Shown: positions 9,797 through 19,902, counted from the first letter of the stretch. The stretch: 64,000 bases of DNA from Gemmatimonadales bacterium (GCA_041577295.1 JBFGJG010000010.1:1-64000); one strand, 5' to 3'. Notes: generated by a model not told the origin, from the sequence alone. Translations and numbers: made by a program.

Positions 9797-12439
9797 TTAC
9801 GGTTGTTCGAACACCTTGGTCCAATTCTGAATGTAGATGATCTCGGAACCGGCCTGAATACGCACCATGACGAAGTGCTCACCGTTGGGGTGGACATCGT
9901 AGTTCGTGTGGGGGCTGGCGGCCTCGATGTCGTCGGTCGCAAACAGTTCGGTACGGGACACGACCCGCACCGGTGGGCCGGTATCGATTCGAGCGGCGAC
10001 CAGTACCTCGCTCGTGCCGGTGGGGTGCCGATAGAACAGCTCGCGGCCCGAAGGATGCCAGACGGGCGACGTTCCTCCATCCCGCGACACCACGGCGCGT
10101 CCCCCGCTCCCGCTGACCGGCCGCACATACACCTCGGGCCGCCCCGTCTCGTTGGATTGGTAGGCTAACCAGCGCCCGTCTGGAGATAAAGCAGGCCACG
10201 CGTGTTCGGGGCGCGTGTTGGGCATGGCCACCGGAGTCCGTTCCGGTCCGGGTTCCAGGGTCTCCAGTTGCCACCCGGTCGGTTTGGCGGCGATGGTGAT
10301 CGCCGAACGGCCGTCGGGGAACCAGGCCCCCGGGGTGCGGTCACCGTCCGCTCCGACAAACAACGATTCCGGCTCGGTGGCGCCATCGAGGGCGACCCGA
10401 TACACCCCCCGACGAGAACCGGGGCTGAGAACTGCCGAGCCATAGGTTACCGATCGACCATCAGGCGCCCAGACCGGGTCATTGGTGTTCCCCGAGAATG
10501 TCACTTTGAGCTTGCTTCCGTCGGCAGCGTTGATGACCCAAATGTCACGTCCCGAGGGCTCGGAGATGTCCACGGCGATTTGCCGGCCGTCAGGCGAATA
10601 GCGCGGACTGTGGTACACCCCGGGTGGATCGAACACCGTCACGGTTCGCCCGGCCCGATCGACGACGACCAGTTGGCGGGGCTGCGCTGGTACGTAGATG
10701 AGCGCCCCCCCGTCGGTGACTTCGAACTGGGCGACCCCATCGGCGGTGGCACCGCTGACCTCTTCGGCGAGCGTGATCGTTGGCCCCGTCAGCTCCAACC
10801 GTTTGGGATCGAACGCCGAGGCAAGGAGACGCCCGGTAGGTTCCGCCCACACCAGGTGTCCTGTTGCCGCATAACGGGCCCGCGTCCCGGTAACGAGCTT
10901 GGTGCGTTCGCCGGTGGAGAGATCGATGACGGCAATCGTTCTCGCACCGAAGTAAACGGCCTCCGAAACGGTCACCAGCAGCTGCTCACCACCGGGTAGG
11001 AGCTGCGGAAAGGAGTGGCCGTACTCACCGCCTGAGGGATCCAGCTGGGTCAGTGGTTCCGGATCACCCCCACCGGCGGGTATCCGCCGGACGCCCTGGG
11101 TGTTCGATACAATCTGACCCGAGCCGTCACCCACGAGGATGGACCCGTCGTGGTTCCAGGTGATGTCCGGCGCGCCCGACGCCAGCCGCTCCGCAGCGCC
11201 TCCCGCCACGGGGATCCGGAAAATGTCGAACGCCCGAGCGAAGGCGAGCCATTGCCCGTCGGGGGAGAAGGTCGGCGCCATAGCATCTTGGAGCCCGGGG
11301 ATGGCCGTCGTGGAGAGCGCTTCGAGTGGCCGAACGAGGATGGCGGCTTCGCCCCTTCGATTCACGCGATACGCGATCCGAGCTCCATCGCGCGAGATCG
11401 CGACCCATGGAGCCCATTGGGCACCCGGGATGGTTCCTTCTGTTGTCCTTATCGAGAAGCGGGCCAGTCCAGCGTCCGTCGGGTCATGGCTGGGGGCGGT
11501 CGCGCGACCGATGACGAAGGCGAGAGCGGCCGCGGCGATTCCAAGGATGACGAACCACAGTGGTCGCGGGGCCCCTGGCGCGACGCGAGGGCGGTAGGTG
11601 CCCGTCACCGGACCGGTCAATGCCGCCGCAAACGCGTCGGTCGTATGGAATCGATCGGCGGGCAGCTTCTCGAGTGCAATCTCCAGTGCGGCAGCGACCG
11701 CCGGAGGCGTGGAACGCCGGGCTTCGGTTATCGGTTTCGGGTTCTCGGTCAGGATCTTGGCCACAACGGCCTGGGAGTTGGGACCGGTGTGGGGGGGCTC
11801 GCCGGCGAGCATTTCGTACATGACACATGCCAGGGAGTACTGATCGCTCCGACCATCCAGCTCGCGATCCCCCATTGCCTGTTCAGGACTCATGTAATGC
11901 GGCGTGCCCACCGAGAGACCGGTTTCCGTGAGGCGTTCGCCGCCGGCTTGCGTGACCGCCAGGGCGATGCCGAAATCCGCTACCATGGGCTGACCGTCGT
12001 GGAGCAGAATGTTGGCCGGCTTGATGTCCCGATGAATAACGTCGTGTCGGTGCGCGTAGTCGAGCGCCGCAGCCACGGACTGCGTGATCCTGATGCTGTC
12101 TTCGATGGGGAGTTGGGTCTCCCGGTTCAGCCGGTCCCGGAGGCTCTCTCCCTGTACGAAGGGCATCACGTAATAGAGGAAGGTGTCGGCCTCGCCCGAA
12201 TCGTACAGCGCAAGAATGTTGGGGTGCTGCAGATTGGCTGTGACCTTGATTTCATTCAAAAACCGATCCGCCCCGATGACGGCGGCGAGCTCCGGCCGCA
12301 GGACTTTCAGCGCGACCCGACGGTCGTGCCTGAGGTCCTGAGCGAGATATACGGTGGCCATGCCACCTTGGCCCAGGGGTTGAAGGATCTGGTAGCGATC
12401 CGCGAGCGCAGCGTTGAGCCGATCGATAACCGCTGTCAT
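9797..12439 (-). CDS. Hanks-type Ser/Thr protein kinase with TM segment and C-terminal TolB/PD40-like beta-propeller
   Basis: GQGGMATVY, VALK, HRDIKPANIL, DFG and GTPHYMSPEQ motifs, a TM helix, then repeated P.FSPDG / P.W.PDG motifs. Start taken at MTAVIDRL. Confidence 0.93.
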   Translation of the reverse strand: MTAVIDRLNAALADRYQILQPLGQGGMATVYLAQDLRHDRRVALKVLRPELAAVIGADRFLNEIKVTANLQHPNILALYDSGEADTFLYYVMPFVQGESLRDRLNRETQLPIEDSIRITQSVAAALDYAHRHDVIHRDIKPANILLHDGQPMVADFGIALAVTQAGGERLTETGLSVGTPHYMSPEQAMGDRELDGRSDQYSLACVMYEMLAGEPPHTGPNSQAVVAKILTENPKPITEARRSTPPAVAAALEIALEKLPADRFHTTDAFAAALTGPVTGTYRPRVAPGAPRPLWFVILGIAAAALAFVIGRATAPSHDPTDAGLARFSIRTTEGTIPGAQWAPWVAISRDGARIAYRVNRRGEAAILVRPLEALSTTAIPGLQDAMAPTFSPDGQWLAFARAFDIFRIPVAGGAAERLASGAPDITWNHDGSILVGDGSGQIVSNTQGVRRIPAGGGDPEPLTQLDPSGGEYGHSFPQLLPGGEQLLVTVSEAVYFGARTIAVIDLSTGERTKLVTGTRARYAATGHLVWAEPTGRLLASAFDPKRLELTGPTITLAEEVSGATADGVAQFEVTDGGALIYVPAQPRQLVVVDRAGRTVTVFDPPGVYHSPRYSPDGRQIAVDISEPSGRDIWVINAADGSKLKVTFSGNTNDPVWAPDGRSVTYGSAVLSPGSRRGVYRVALDGATEPESLFVGADGDRTPGAWFPDGRSAITIAAKPTGWQLETLEPGPERTPVAMPNTRPEHAWPALSPDGRWLAYQSNETGRPEVYVRPVSGSGGRAVVSRDGGTSPVWHPSGRELFYRHPTGTSEVLVAARIDTGPPVRVVSRTELFATDDIEAASPHTNYDVHPNGEHFVMVRIQAGSEIIYIQNWTKVFEQP

Positions 12440-12463
12440 CCGACCCAAGAGAGCACAGGGGGA

Positions 12464-14074
12464 TCAGTCGCTGCCATCGGTCATCGCCCGCTTCGTCTTT
12501 TGCTCCTGCACCATTCGTTCAACATCGGCCAGCAACTTTTTGGGGTCGTACACGATGCCATCTTTGATGGTGTAGCGTATCCCGCCGACGCGCTCTACCT
12601 GGCCCGTCTCGTCGTTCAGTCTATCCCACCCCGTTCCGTACAGCATCTTGATGTTCTTGACGGGGTTTTCGTCGACGATCACGAGATCCGCCAACAACCC
12701 TTCCCGCAACACACCGAATTGTATGTCCTGGCGTTTTGGCTCGAACAGTGCTTGGGCACCGTGCATGGTGGCTCCACGAAACACTTCCAATGGATGAAAG
12801 CCAGCTTCTTGTAACAACTCCATCTCCTGAATTACCCCGAAGCCCCATTGGTTGTAGATGTACGCAGCGTCATCGCTCACGGTGACGCGACCGCCCATGT
12901 CTTTATAGTCATCTAACAATGCCATCCACTGCCGATAGAATTGGCGCCACGTGTTCTCCTCCCACGGGGTCCAGTCATAGTAATAGGAGCCGTGATCGGT
13001 CCGATCGGCCGTGTAGAAGTCCCAGAGGGACGGCAGTGTGTACTTCTCGTGCCAATCGGCATTGCGTGCGCGCATCACATCGCGGCTTGCAAGGTAGGCC
13101 ACCATGGTCGGATCGAGGATCGTTCTGAGCTCGAGGAGCTCCTGGAGGAGGGCGTTCCACTCCTCGCTCCCCTGCGCGTGGATAAGGTTCCACTGATGGG
13201 CCACCTGGCTGAAGCGATGCTGCTCGTCGTTATAGATGAAATCCGGTGGCCACGGTTGCACGTCGTGGTCCTTGTACAGCGACTCGAAGATGCCGTAAAA
13301 GTGGGTGACCGTTCCGAGCCCGAGTCGGGCCGCATCGATGGCATTCATCTGGGCGACGCCGGTCTGTGCCAGGTGAGCGGTCGATCCGAAGCCATATTGC
13401 TTCGCCTCGTCGAGCAGGGCCGCCATGATTTCAGGGCGGTACGCCCCGAGCTTCATTCCATCGACACCCTTGCCAGCGGCGTAACGCACCCACTCCCGAG
13501 CGTCCTCCGGGGTTCGAATACGGCGGTTGTTATCGCGCCACTCCTTGCCCGAGGCCGGTCGGTGGTAGTTGAAAATGCGCGGTGCCACGATCTCATTCCG
13601 TGCGCTCCGCTCCTTCTCGCGCAACGCCCAGTCCAGATCACCGAGCGCGACGCCTCGCACCGTCGTAACCCCGTTCGCGAGCCACAGTTTGTACGTGTAC
13701 TCGGCATCGGGCGCCTTACGTTCGTCTCCCGCGTGCGCATGCAGGTTGACAAACCCTGGCAGCACGAACCCGCCGTCGGCGTCGATCTCGCGGGCCGCAT
13801 CGCCAGGTCGCTTGTCCTGCTCGATCGGCACCCTGGGTGTACCCACCACTTCGATATCCTCGATCCGATTGCCCACGATCACGATGTCCGCGGGTCCAAA
13901 CGGCGGCGCACCAGTACCGTCGATCACGTACACGCCGCGGATGATCAGTCGCTCAAACGGTCCTTCGCCCTCATCGGGGCGCCGATCGGGGGCGCCGTTC
14001 ACCTGAGCGGTCACGCCCGACGCGGACGAGAAGGCGAGAATGAGCAGGTGTGCTAGCAGGGGGGGGTAACGCAT
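12464..14074 (-). CDS. Secreted amidohydrolase family protein
   Basis: Signal peptide MRYPPLLAHLLILAFSSASG, VLPGFVNLHAH metal motif, NGVTTVR and GLLADLVIVD. The track's start at 14545 overlaps the opposite gene and is rejected. Confidence 0.88.
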   Translation of the reverse strand: MRYPPLLAHLLILAFSSASGVTAQVNGAPDRRPDEGEGPFERLIIRGVYVIDGTGAPPFGPADIVIVGNRIEDIEVVGTPRVPIEQDKRPGDAAREIDADGGFVLPGFVNLHAHAGDERKAPDAEYTYKLWLANGVTTVRGVALGDLDWALREKERSARNEIVAPRIFNYHRPASGKEWRDNNRRIRTPEDAREWVRYAAGKGVDGMKLGAYRPEIMAALLDEAKQYGFGSTAHLAQTGVAQMNAIDAARLGLGTVTHFYGIFESLYKDHDVQPWPPDFIYNDEQHRFSQVAHQWNLIHAQGSEEWNALLQELLELRTILDPTMVAYLASRDVMRARNADWHEKYTLPSLWDFYTADRTDHGSYYYDWTPWEENTWRQFYRQWMALLDDYKDMGGRVTVSDDAAYIYNQWGFGVIQEMELLQEAGFHPLEVFRGATMHGAQALFEPKRQDIQFGVLREGLLADLVIVDENPVKNIKMLYGTGWDRLNDETGQVERVGGIRYTIKDGIVYDPKKLLADVERMVQEQKTKRAMTDGSD

Positions 14075-14224
14075 GACGGTTCTCCGCTGATTCTGTCGTC
14101 GAAAGATGGTGCGAAAACCGAAGGTCTGACAGTTTCCGCAAGACCTCGCTTTCATTTGACGTTTTCCGTCACCGCACCACATACTTAACGCTTCCTTCCT
14201 CCCCCTCTCGAACCGGAGGCATTC

Positions 14225-14968
14225 ATGACGCGCATCGGAATCGCCATTGGCGGGGCGATGATGCTGTGCACATCCTCGGTGGTGGCGCAAGACACCAACC
14301 CGGTGATTCTCGGCATCTACTTCCGCTGCAATCAGGCACAGGAAACAAACGCCGACCAGGTCGTGCGCACCACGCTCGCTCCCATCGTTCGGAAACACGT
14401 GACCGCGGGGCACCTGACCGGTTGGGTGTGGCTCAACCACAATCAGGGTGGTCCGTGGCGCCGAGTCTTTGCAATTCTCGGTACGGACCTGAACCAGATG
14501 ATGAACGTGCGCCAAGAGATCACCGACGAGTTCACCACAAGGCACGCCGACGCGGCGAATCGTCTATCGACCGCTTGCGCTAGCCACGACGACTACATCT
14601 GGACCGGTGTGTCGACGTCGGTTCCCAACCCCAACGCGCTCGGCCCCGCATCGATCTCAGCGTACCATGTGTGCGATCGCTCGAGGGAGGGGCGCGCGGA
14701 CGAGATCTTTACGCAGGTCCTCGCCCCACTCTACAAGAAGCACGCCGATATGGGGCACATCACCACCTGGGGATACTACGCTCACCGTATGGGCGGCATC
14801 TTCCGTCGGCTCGAGACGTTTGCGGGGCCGGATCACGTGACGCTAATGAACATGCAGAACGCGATCTACGAGGAGGCCGGAACCACCCATCCGCTGGCCA
14901 TGCGGGAGTTCAATGAGATCTGCAGCTGGCACACCGATTACATGTGGATGAATCAGACGCCACAGTAG
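14225..14968 (+). CDS. Hypothetical secreted protein with two ~100-aa internal repeats
   Basis: GGAGG RBS, signal peptide (…SSVVA-Q), and two homologous halves each ending C..H.DY.W. Confidence 0.8.
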   Translation: MTRIGIAIGGAMMLCTSSVVAQDTNPVILGIYFRCNQAQETNADQVVRTTLAPIVRKHVTAGHLTGWVWLNHNQGGPWRRVFAILGTDLNQMMNVRQEITDEFTTRHADAANRLSTACASHDDYIWTGVSTSVPNPNALGPASISAYHVCDRSREGRADEIFTQVLAPLYKKHADMGHITTWGYYAHRMGGIFRRLETFAGPDHVTLMNMQNAIYEEAGTTHPLAMREFNEICSWHTDYMWMNQTPQ

Positions 14969-15020
14969 CGCAAGATCGGCCTGAATAGCGGCGGGATCGG
15001 CAACAGCCCCCGCACGGCCG

Positions 15021-15063
15021 CAGAAGAGAACGGCCGCCCAAGTCGCTTGGCTTGGGCGGCCGT
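15021..15063 (-). terminator. Intrinsic terminator (13-bp GC stem, pyrimidine tail on minus strand)
   Basis: ACGGCCGCCCAAG (15030-15042) / CTTGGGCGGCCGT (15051-15063) is a perfect inverted repeat with an 8-nt loop. On the minus strand it is followed by TCTCTTCTG. Confidence 0.75.
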
Positions 15064-15262
15064 GTAATTGGCCGGGCGGGTGAACTCGTCCACCCTTTAC
15101 AGGCTCGGTTTGCTTTCACCGTGCCCGGTATGTGCCTTCACGGCACCGTACCTTATGCCCGGCCGCTCAAGCGTCCCAGCGCAGGCGGATATCCCTCCTG
15201 ATCCCCTGCAGGCGAACATGCCACATCCACTGGCATCCGTCGTCCACGGGCCAGGACGCTGG
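15064..15262 (-). ncRNA. Candidate structured non-coding RNA (three-way-junction domain followed by four-way-junction domain)
   Basis: Minus-strand stems: AGCGUCCUGGC/GCUGGGACGCU (15250-15260/15170-15180) encloses AUGCCA/UGGCAU and CCUG/CAGG hairpins. GGCCGGGC/GCCCGGCC (15157-15164/15070-15077) encloses three hairpins. G-U pairs work only on the minus strand. TATAGT lies upstream and a terminator lies downstream. Confidence 0.65.
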
Positions 15263-15402
15263 ACACTATAGTACAAGTGGGATCGTGAAGCCCACAGTAA
15301 GTCATCATGAAGTGTACGGGCGCGGCATGGGCGGAAAGGTTTGTGGTTCAATCCGTTCGCCTACTCCGCTATTCCCGTTACGCGCCATTCTAGCAATCCC
15401 GC

Positions 15403-16224
15403 CTATCCGCCCAGTCTCCTCAAATACTGAAAGCTCCTCCGCGCCGTCAAGAGTGGATCCTCTGGATTGTCGTGCTCGACGAAGTAATGTCGGATACCGG
15501 CCTGGGTGGCGCGGGCGATGACGCGGCCAAAGTCGATGCCTCCTTGGCCGACGTCGACCATCGCACCGTCCGCACGCATGTCCTTGACGTGGACCAGCGG
15601 GAATCGCCCGGGGTAGCGGGCGAAGTACTGGAACGGGTCATGTCCCGCCTTGGTGATCCAGAATAGGTCCAACTCGAACAGCACCAGCGTTGGATCGGTC
15701 TCGTCCAACAGGATGTCGAATGGCAGCCGCTCGGCGAGCGGCACGAACTCGAAATCGTGATTGTGGTAGCCAAACGTGATCCCACGCGCGCGCGCCGCGG
15801 CGCCCGCCTCATTGAACACCTCGGCTGCACGCAGATACCCGTCTTCGGTCCGCTGCCGCTCGGAGAGCCACGGTGTCACGACGTAACGATGGCCGATCTC
15901 GCTCGCCATGTCCAAGACGCGGTTCCACCCATCGCCCAGGTCGGGGAATCCAACATGGGCTGCGGGAGCCTGGAGACCGTGCGTTTCGAGGATCGCGCGT
16001 ACGCGCTTTGGCGTTTGGTCGAAGTACCCGGCGAACTCCACCTCCCGGTAGCCAATCTCCGCAACTGCGGCAAGCGTACGCTCGACATCCTGCTGCATGA
16101 GGCGCCGCAGTGTGTACAGTTGAATGCCGACCGGTTCGAGCGCGGCCATAGCCCGGCGCCACGGCGCGGCGCCAACCGCCACGGCAGCGCCTAGCCAGCT
16201 GAGGAAGTCACGTCGACTGGGCAC
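15403..16224 (-). CDS. Tat-exported sugar phosphate isomerase/epimerase (IolE/xylose isomerase-like TIM barrel)
   Basis: SRRDFL twin-arginine signal, GIQLYTLR, YHNHDFEF, ELDLFW, HVKD and FVEHD. Confidence 0.9.
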   Translation of the reverse strand: MPSRRDFLSWLGAAVAVGAAPWRRAMAALEPVGIQLYTLRRLMQQDVERTLAAVAEIGYREVEFAGYFDQTPKRVRAILETHGLQAPAAHVGFPDLGDGWNRVLDMASEIGHRYVVTPWLSERQRTEDGYLRAAEVFNEAGAAARARGITFGYHNHDFEFVPLAERLPFDILLDETDPTLVLFELDLFWITKAGHDPFQYFARYPGRFPLVHVKDMRADGAMVDVGQGGIDFGRVIARATQAGIRHYFVEHDNPEDPLLTARRSFQYLRRLGG

Positions 16225-16291
16225 AGGTAGAAGTTACGGTGGAGTGTGGCCGAGGGCTATATTCTGTGCCGGCAATCTCCATGGGAATCCT

Positions 16292-17011
16292 ATGCCCCGA
16301 TCAGGACCGCTCCTTTTATCCATCGTTTTCACCATAACCATTGGGTCAGCGTGCGGCGCGGCTGGCCAAGACGAGCAGGCCGACATGAACGCTCTCACCG
16401 CGGAAGAGCGCGCCGAAGGCTGGCGCTTGCTTTTCGACGGCAAGACAACGGCTGGATGGCGCGGATTCCGCAGCGATACCATGCCCGGCGGCTGGCAGGT
16501 GGTCGACGGGACGCTGGCCCGGGTGGCACCAGCCGGAGACATTATCACGACGGAGCAGTTCAGCGATTTCGAACTCGCGCTCGAATGGCGCGTCGAGCCC
16601 CGCGGGAACAGCGGAATCTTCATCCGGGCCTCGGAAGACGTGCCCGTTATCTACGAGTCCGCTACCGAGATGCAGGTGCTCGATGACGAGCGTCATCCTG
16701 ATGGCCAGTCGCCGCTCACGTCCGCAGGGGCCAACTACGGACTGTACCCGGCGCCGCGGGGCGTTGTGCGCCCCGCGGGTGAGTGGAATCAGGTTCGCAT
16801 TGTGGCACGCGGAGCGCACGTCGAGCACTGGCTCAACGGAGTCAAGATCGTGGAGTACGAACTGTGGAGCCCGGATTGGGAAGAACGCGTGCGCAACAGC
16901 AAGTTCGCGGAATGGCCGGCGTATGGCCGGGCCGCACGCGGGCACGTCGGTCTCCAGGACCACGACGACCCTGTAGCCTTTCGCAACATCAAGATCCGGG
17001 AGTTCTCGTGA
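16292..17011 (+). CDS. DUF1080 (3-keto-disaccharide hydrolase family) lipoprotein
   Basis: GWRLLFDGKT, FSDFELALEW, GNSGIF, GEWNQVRI, HWLNG and GHVGLQDH..VAFRNIKIREF. Lipobox-like GSAC. Confidence 0.9.
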   Translation: MPRSGPLLLSIVFTITIGSACGAAGQDEQADMNALTAEERAEGWRLLFDGKTTAGWRGFRSDTMPGGWQVVDGTLARVAPAGDIITTEQFSDFELALEWRVEPRGNSGIFIRASEDVPVIYESATEMQVLDDERHPDGQSPLTSAGANYGLYPAPRGVVRPAGEWNQVRIVARGAHVEHWLNGVKIVEYELWSPDWEERVRNSKFAEWPAYGRAARGHVGLQDHDDPVAFRNIKIREFS

Positions 17012-17060
17012 GCTTCATCGCACTCGACCGCCCGACCGCGCAGACGCACCGGAGCGACCA

Positions 17061-18302
17061 ATGACCAGTTTGCTCGGCACTCGTCTCAGCATCATGATGT
17101 TCCTACAGTTCTTCGTGTGGGGAGCGTGGTACACCTCGATCGCGGTGTACATGACGGCCGAAGGCATGGGTGACTTGACCCACTGGCCGTATACGGTCAA
17201 CCCCATCGCAGCGATCGCGGCGCCGTTCTTTCTCGGACTGATTGCCGACCGCTACTTTGCAACAGAAAAAGTGTTGGGGGTACTGCATCTGCTGGGAGGC
17301 TTCGTGATGCTGTTCGTGCCACAAATGAGTGGCGCCCCAATGATGTTTATCTTGCTCCTGCTGCTGTACAATCTCTGCTACATGCCGACGCTCGGTCTGG
17401 CCAACTCGCTCGCCTTCCACAATATCCAGAGTCAAGAAAAGCAGTTCCCGCTCATCCGGGTTTTCGGGACGATCGGTTGGATCGTCGCGGGGCTGTTTGT
17501 CAGTTTTGTGTTGCGGGCAGTGGTCCCCGAAGGCCTGCTCCCTGAGCAGACGCCGCTGCCGGTTTACACGGCGGCCGTGGCCAGCATTTTGTTGGGTCTC
17601 TATAGCTTCTCGCTGCCGCATACGCCGCCACCAGGGGCCGGTCAACCAGTGTCAGTGCGGAGCATCGTCGGGTTGGATGCGCTCCAGGAGCTCAGTAGCA
17701 AACCGTTCTTCGTATTCATTATTAGTTCGCTCCTCATCTCTATCCCGTTGGCGGCGTACTACAACTTCACCCAGCTCTTCCTCGAGGGGACCGGTTTTCA
17801 GAACATCGCTGGCACGCAGACGCTCGGTCAGATGTCCGAGGTCATCTTCATGCTGTTGATGCCGGCGTTCTTCATACGGCTCGGCGTGAAGTGGATGCTG
17901 GTGGCGGGCATGGGCGCGTGGGTGCTGCGCTACGTACTGTTCGCGCTCGGTGCCCCTGCCGCGGTCGTACCGATGATCATCATCGGAATTCTGCTACACG
18001 GTATCTGTTACGACTTCTTCTTCGTTACCGGCCAGATCTATGTGGACAAGAAGTCCACACCAAAGATCCGCGGACAGGCGCAAGGATTATTGGTGTTGGT
18101 AACCTACGGTGTTGGAATGCTGATTGGGGCACAGGTGGCCGGCAACGTATTCAACCGGTTTCTCGGCGAAGCAGACGCGTTGACGCTTCCCCAATGGCAG
18201 CAGTTCTGGTTTCTCCCGGCCGCGTTCGCTGCTGTGGTCATGGTAGGCTTCGGCTTGCTATTCAAGGACCGAGTGGAGCAGAAGCGGGAGGCCAGTGGGT
18301 AA
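17061..18302 (+). CDS. MFS nucleoside:H+ symporter family (NupG/XapB-like) permease
   Basis: [32 protein letters not shown] and [11 protein letters not shown], with about 12 TM segments. Confidence 0.9.
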   Translation: MTSLLGTRLSIMMFLQFFVWGAWYTSIAVYMTAEGMGDLTHWPYTVNPIAAIAAPFFLGLIADRYFATEKVLGVLHLLGGFVMLFVPQMSGAPMMFILLLLLYNLCYMPTLGLANSLAFHNIQSQEKQFPLIRVFGTIGWIVAGLFVSFVLRAVVPEGLLPEQTPLPVYTAAVASILLGLYSFSLPHTPPPGAGQPVSVRSIVGLDALQELSSKPFFVFIISSLLISIPLAAYYNFTQLFLEGTGFQNIAGTQTLGQMSEVIFMLLMPAFFIRLGVKWMLVAGMGAWVLRYVLFALGAPAAVVPMIIIGILLHGICYDFFFVTGQIYVDKKSTPKIRGQAQGLLVLVTYGVGMLIGAQVAGNVFNRFLGEADALTLPQWQQFWFLPAAFAAVVMVGFGLLFKDRVEQKREASG

Positions 18303-18431
18303 GAGTTCTGTGGTCCAGTGGAAAAAGGACTTGCCACAGAGCACAGATTCACGTTTCACTGACTCTGAGTGTGTTGACTGAGTCCCCTGTGGGTTCTAGC
18401 CGCGCCCGAGTGAGCACGAGGAGGTCTGTCG

Positions 18432-19769
18432 ATGGGCGCTGAGATCTCTCGGCGGTCGTTCGTCGAAAACGCCGGCAAGGCCGCTCTTGCGGTTACCATT
18501 GTTCCCCGACACGTGCTCGGGGGCCATGGTTTTCGCGCGCCCAGCGATACGCTAAACGTCGCGTGCATCGGTGTCGGGGGTATGGGCCGCAATGACGTGC
18601 GTGGGGTCAGTAGCGAAAACATCTATGCGCTGTGCGATGTCGACGACCAACAGGGGGCCGAGTCATTGAGCCGCTTTACCCAGGCGAAGCGCTTTCGCGA
18701 CTTCCGCGTGATGCTCGAGCGCGAGGCACGCAACATCGATGCGGTCACCGTTTCCACTCCGGACCACACCCATGCCGTGGCAGCGCTGATGGCGCTCGGG
18801 TTGGGTAAGCCCGTGTTCTGTCAGAAGCCGCTCGCACGCGCCATCGGAGAGGTGCGGGCACTCCGCGACGCGGCGCGCCGCGCGCGGGTTGCGACGCAGA
18901 TGGGAAATCAGGGTCACGCCGGCGAGGGAACTCGACAGATTCGCGAGTGGGTGGAGGCAGGGGCAATCGGCACGGTACGTGAGGTCCACTACTGGACCAA
19001 CCGCCCCATCTGGCCGCAGGCACTCGACCGGCCGACCGAAGCCCACAACGTTCCACCCCATCTCGCTTGGGATCTGTGGCTCGGGCCCGCGCCCGACCGT
19101 CCGTACCATCCGGCGTATGTTCCGTTTCGGTGGCGGGGATGGTGGGATTTTGGTACCGGTGCGCTGGGTGACATCGCGTGTCACGCGATGGACGCCGCTT
19201 ACTGGACGCTCGACCTCGGGTACCCGGAGCGCATCGAGCCGGAATCCACCATGCTGTTCGCCGAGACTGGGCCCGCGGCGTCACGCGTGGTGTACCACTT
19301 CGCGGCAAATAGTAGTCGTCCTGCCGTGCGGGCGGTGTGGCGGGATGGGAGCCTTGGACCGTCCAGACCCCCCGAAGTGTCAGACGCAGAGGCCTGGCCC
19401 ACCTCCGGCATCGGTGGACAGCTCTGGATCGGTGACGACGGAAAGCTGCTGGCAGGGATCTACGGGGAAGAACCGCGCCTCCTAGATGCGACGCGGCATG
19501 CGGAGCTGATGAGCGATCCGCCTGCTGTGAAGTATCCACGCTCACCCGGAGTGTATGAGGAGTGGATTGCGGCGTGCAAAGGGGAGGGTACTTCAAACTC
19601 GCGGTTTGACGGTCATGCGGGCGGGCTCACGGAAATGGTGCTGCTCGGCGTGCTAGCGGTGCGGATGAACCGGGTGCTCGAGATCAATGCGAGATCGGGG
19701 GCCGTGACCAACGCGACCGTACCAGCGGAGTGGGTGACTCCTACCTATCGAGATGGCTGGGCGATGTAG
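18432..19769 (+). CDS. Tat-exported Gfo/Idh/MocA family oxidoreductase
   Basis: SRRSFV signal, IGVGGMG, STPDHTHA, CQKPL, WDLWLGPAP and WRGWWDFGTGALGD. GAGGAGG RBS. Confidence 0.92.
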   Translation: MGAEISRRSFVENAGKAALAVTIVPRHVLGGHGFRAPSDTLNVACIGVGGMGRNDVRGVSSENIYALCDVDDQQGAESLSRFTQAKRFRDFRVMLEREARNIDAVTVSTPDHTHAVAALMALGLGKPVFCQKPLARAIGEVRALRDAARRARVATQMGNQGHAGEGTRQIREWVEAGAIGTVREVHYWTNRPIWPQALDRPTEAHNVPPHLAWDLWLGPAPDRPYHPAYVPFRWRGWWDFGTGALGDIACHAMDAAYWTLDLGYPERIEPESTMLFAETGPAASRVVYHFAANSSRPAVRAVWRDGSLGPSRPPEVSDAEAWPTSGIGGQLWIGDDGKLLAGIYGEEPRLLDATRHAELMSDPPAVKYPRSPGVYEEWIAACKGEGTSNSRFDGHAGGLTEMVLLGVLAVRMNRVLEINARSGAVTNATVPAEWVTPTYRDGWAM

Positions 19770-19773
19770 CTGA

Positions 19774-19807
19774 GGGAAGCGAAGGACGGAAGTTACCTTC
19801 GCTTCTC
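19774..19807 (+). terminator. Hairpin after Gfo/Idh/MocA gene (possible terminator)
   Basis: GGGAAGCGAAGG-N10-CCTTCGCTTCTC inverted repeat directly after the stop codon. The U-tail is weak. Confidence 0.45.
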
Positions 19808-19839
19808 TGCCGGTCGCCCTCGGAGGTCTCTCCAAAGGC

Positions 19840-19888
19840 TTGATTCGTGGCACTTGGCGGCTATATTACGGAACGATCAGTTGGAAAT
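19840..19888 (+). promoter_or_regulatory. Sigma70-like promoter with overlapping putative TetR operator
   Basis: TTGATT-N16-TATATT (19840-19867), overlapped by ATTACGGAACGATCAGTTGGAAAT (19865-19888), which resembles the site at 20497-20520. Confidence 0.5.
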
Positions 19889-19902
19889 GGAGCTCGAGCA
19901 CC

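Noticed and set aside
15097..15351. 84-aa minus-strand ORF overlapping the candidate ncRNA
   Set aside because: It has a TTG start and an atypical composition, and it stops inside the RNA junction. The base-pairing pattern explains the region better.
18303..18400. Hairpins (GTTCTGTGG...CCACAGAGC; GACTC...GAGTC) between the MFS and Gfo genes
   Set aside because: The stems are short and imperfect with no riboswitch consensus, and are most likely an ordinary intercistronic stem-loop.
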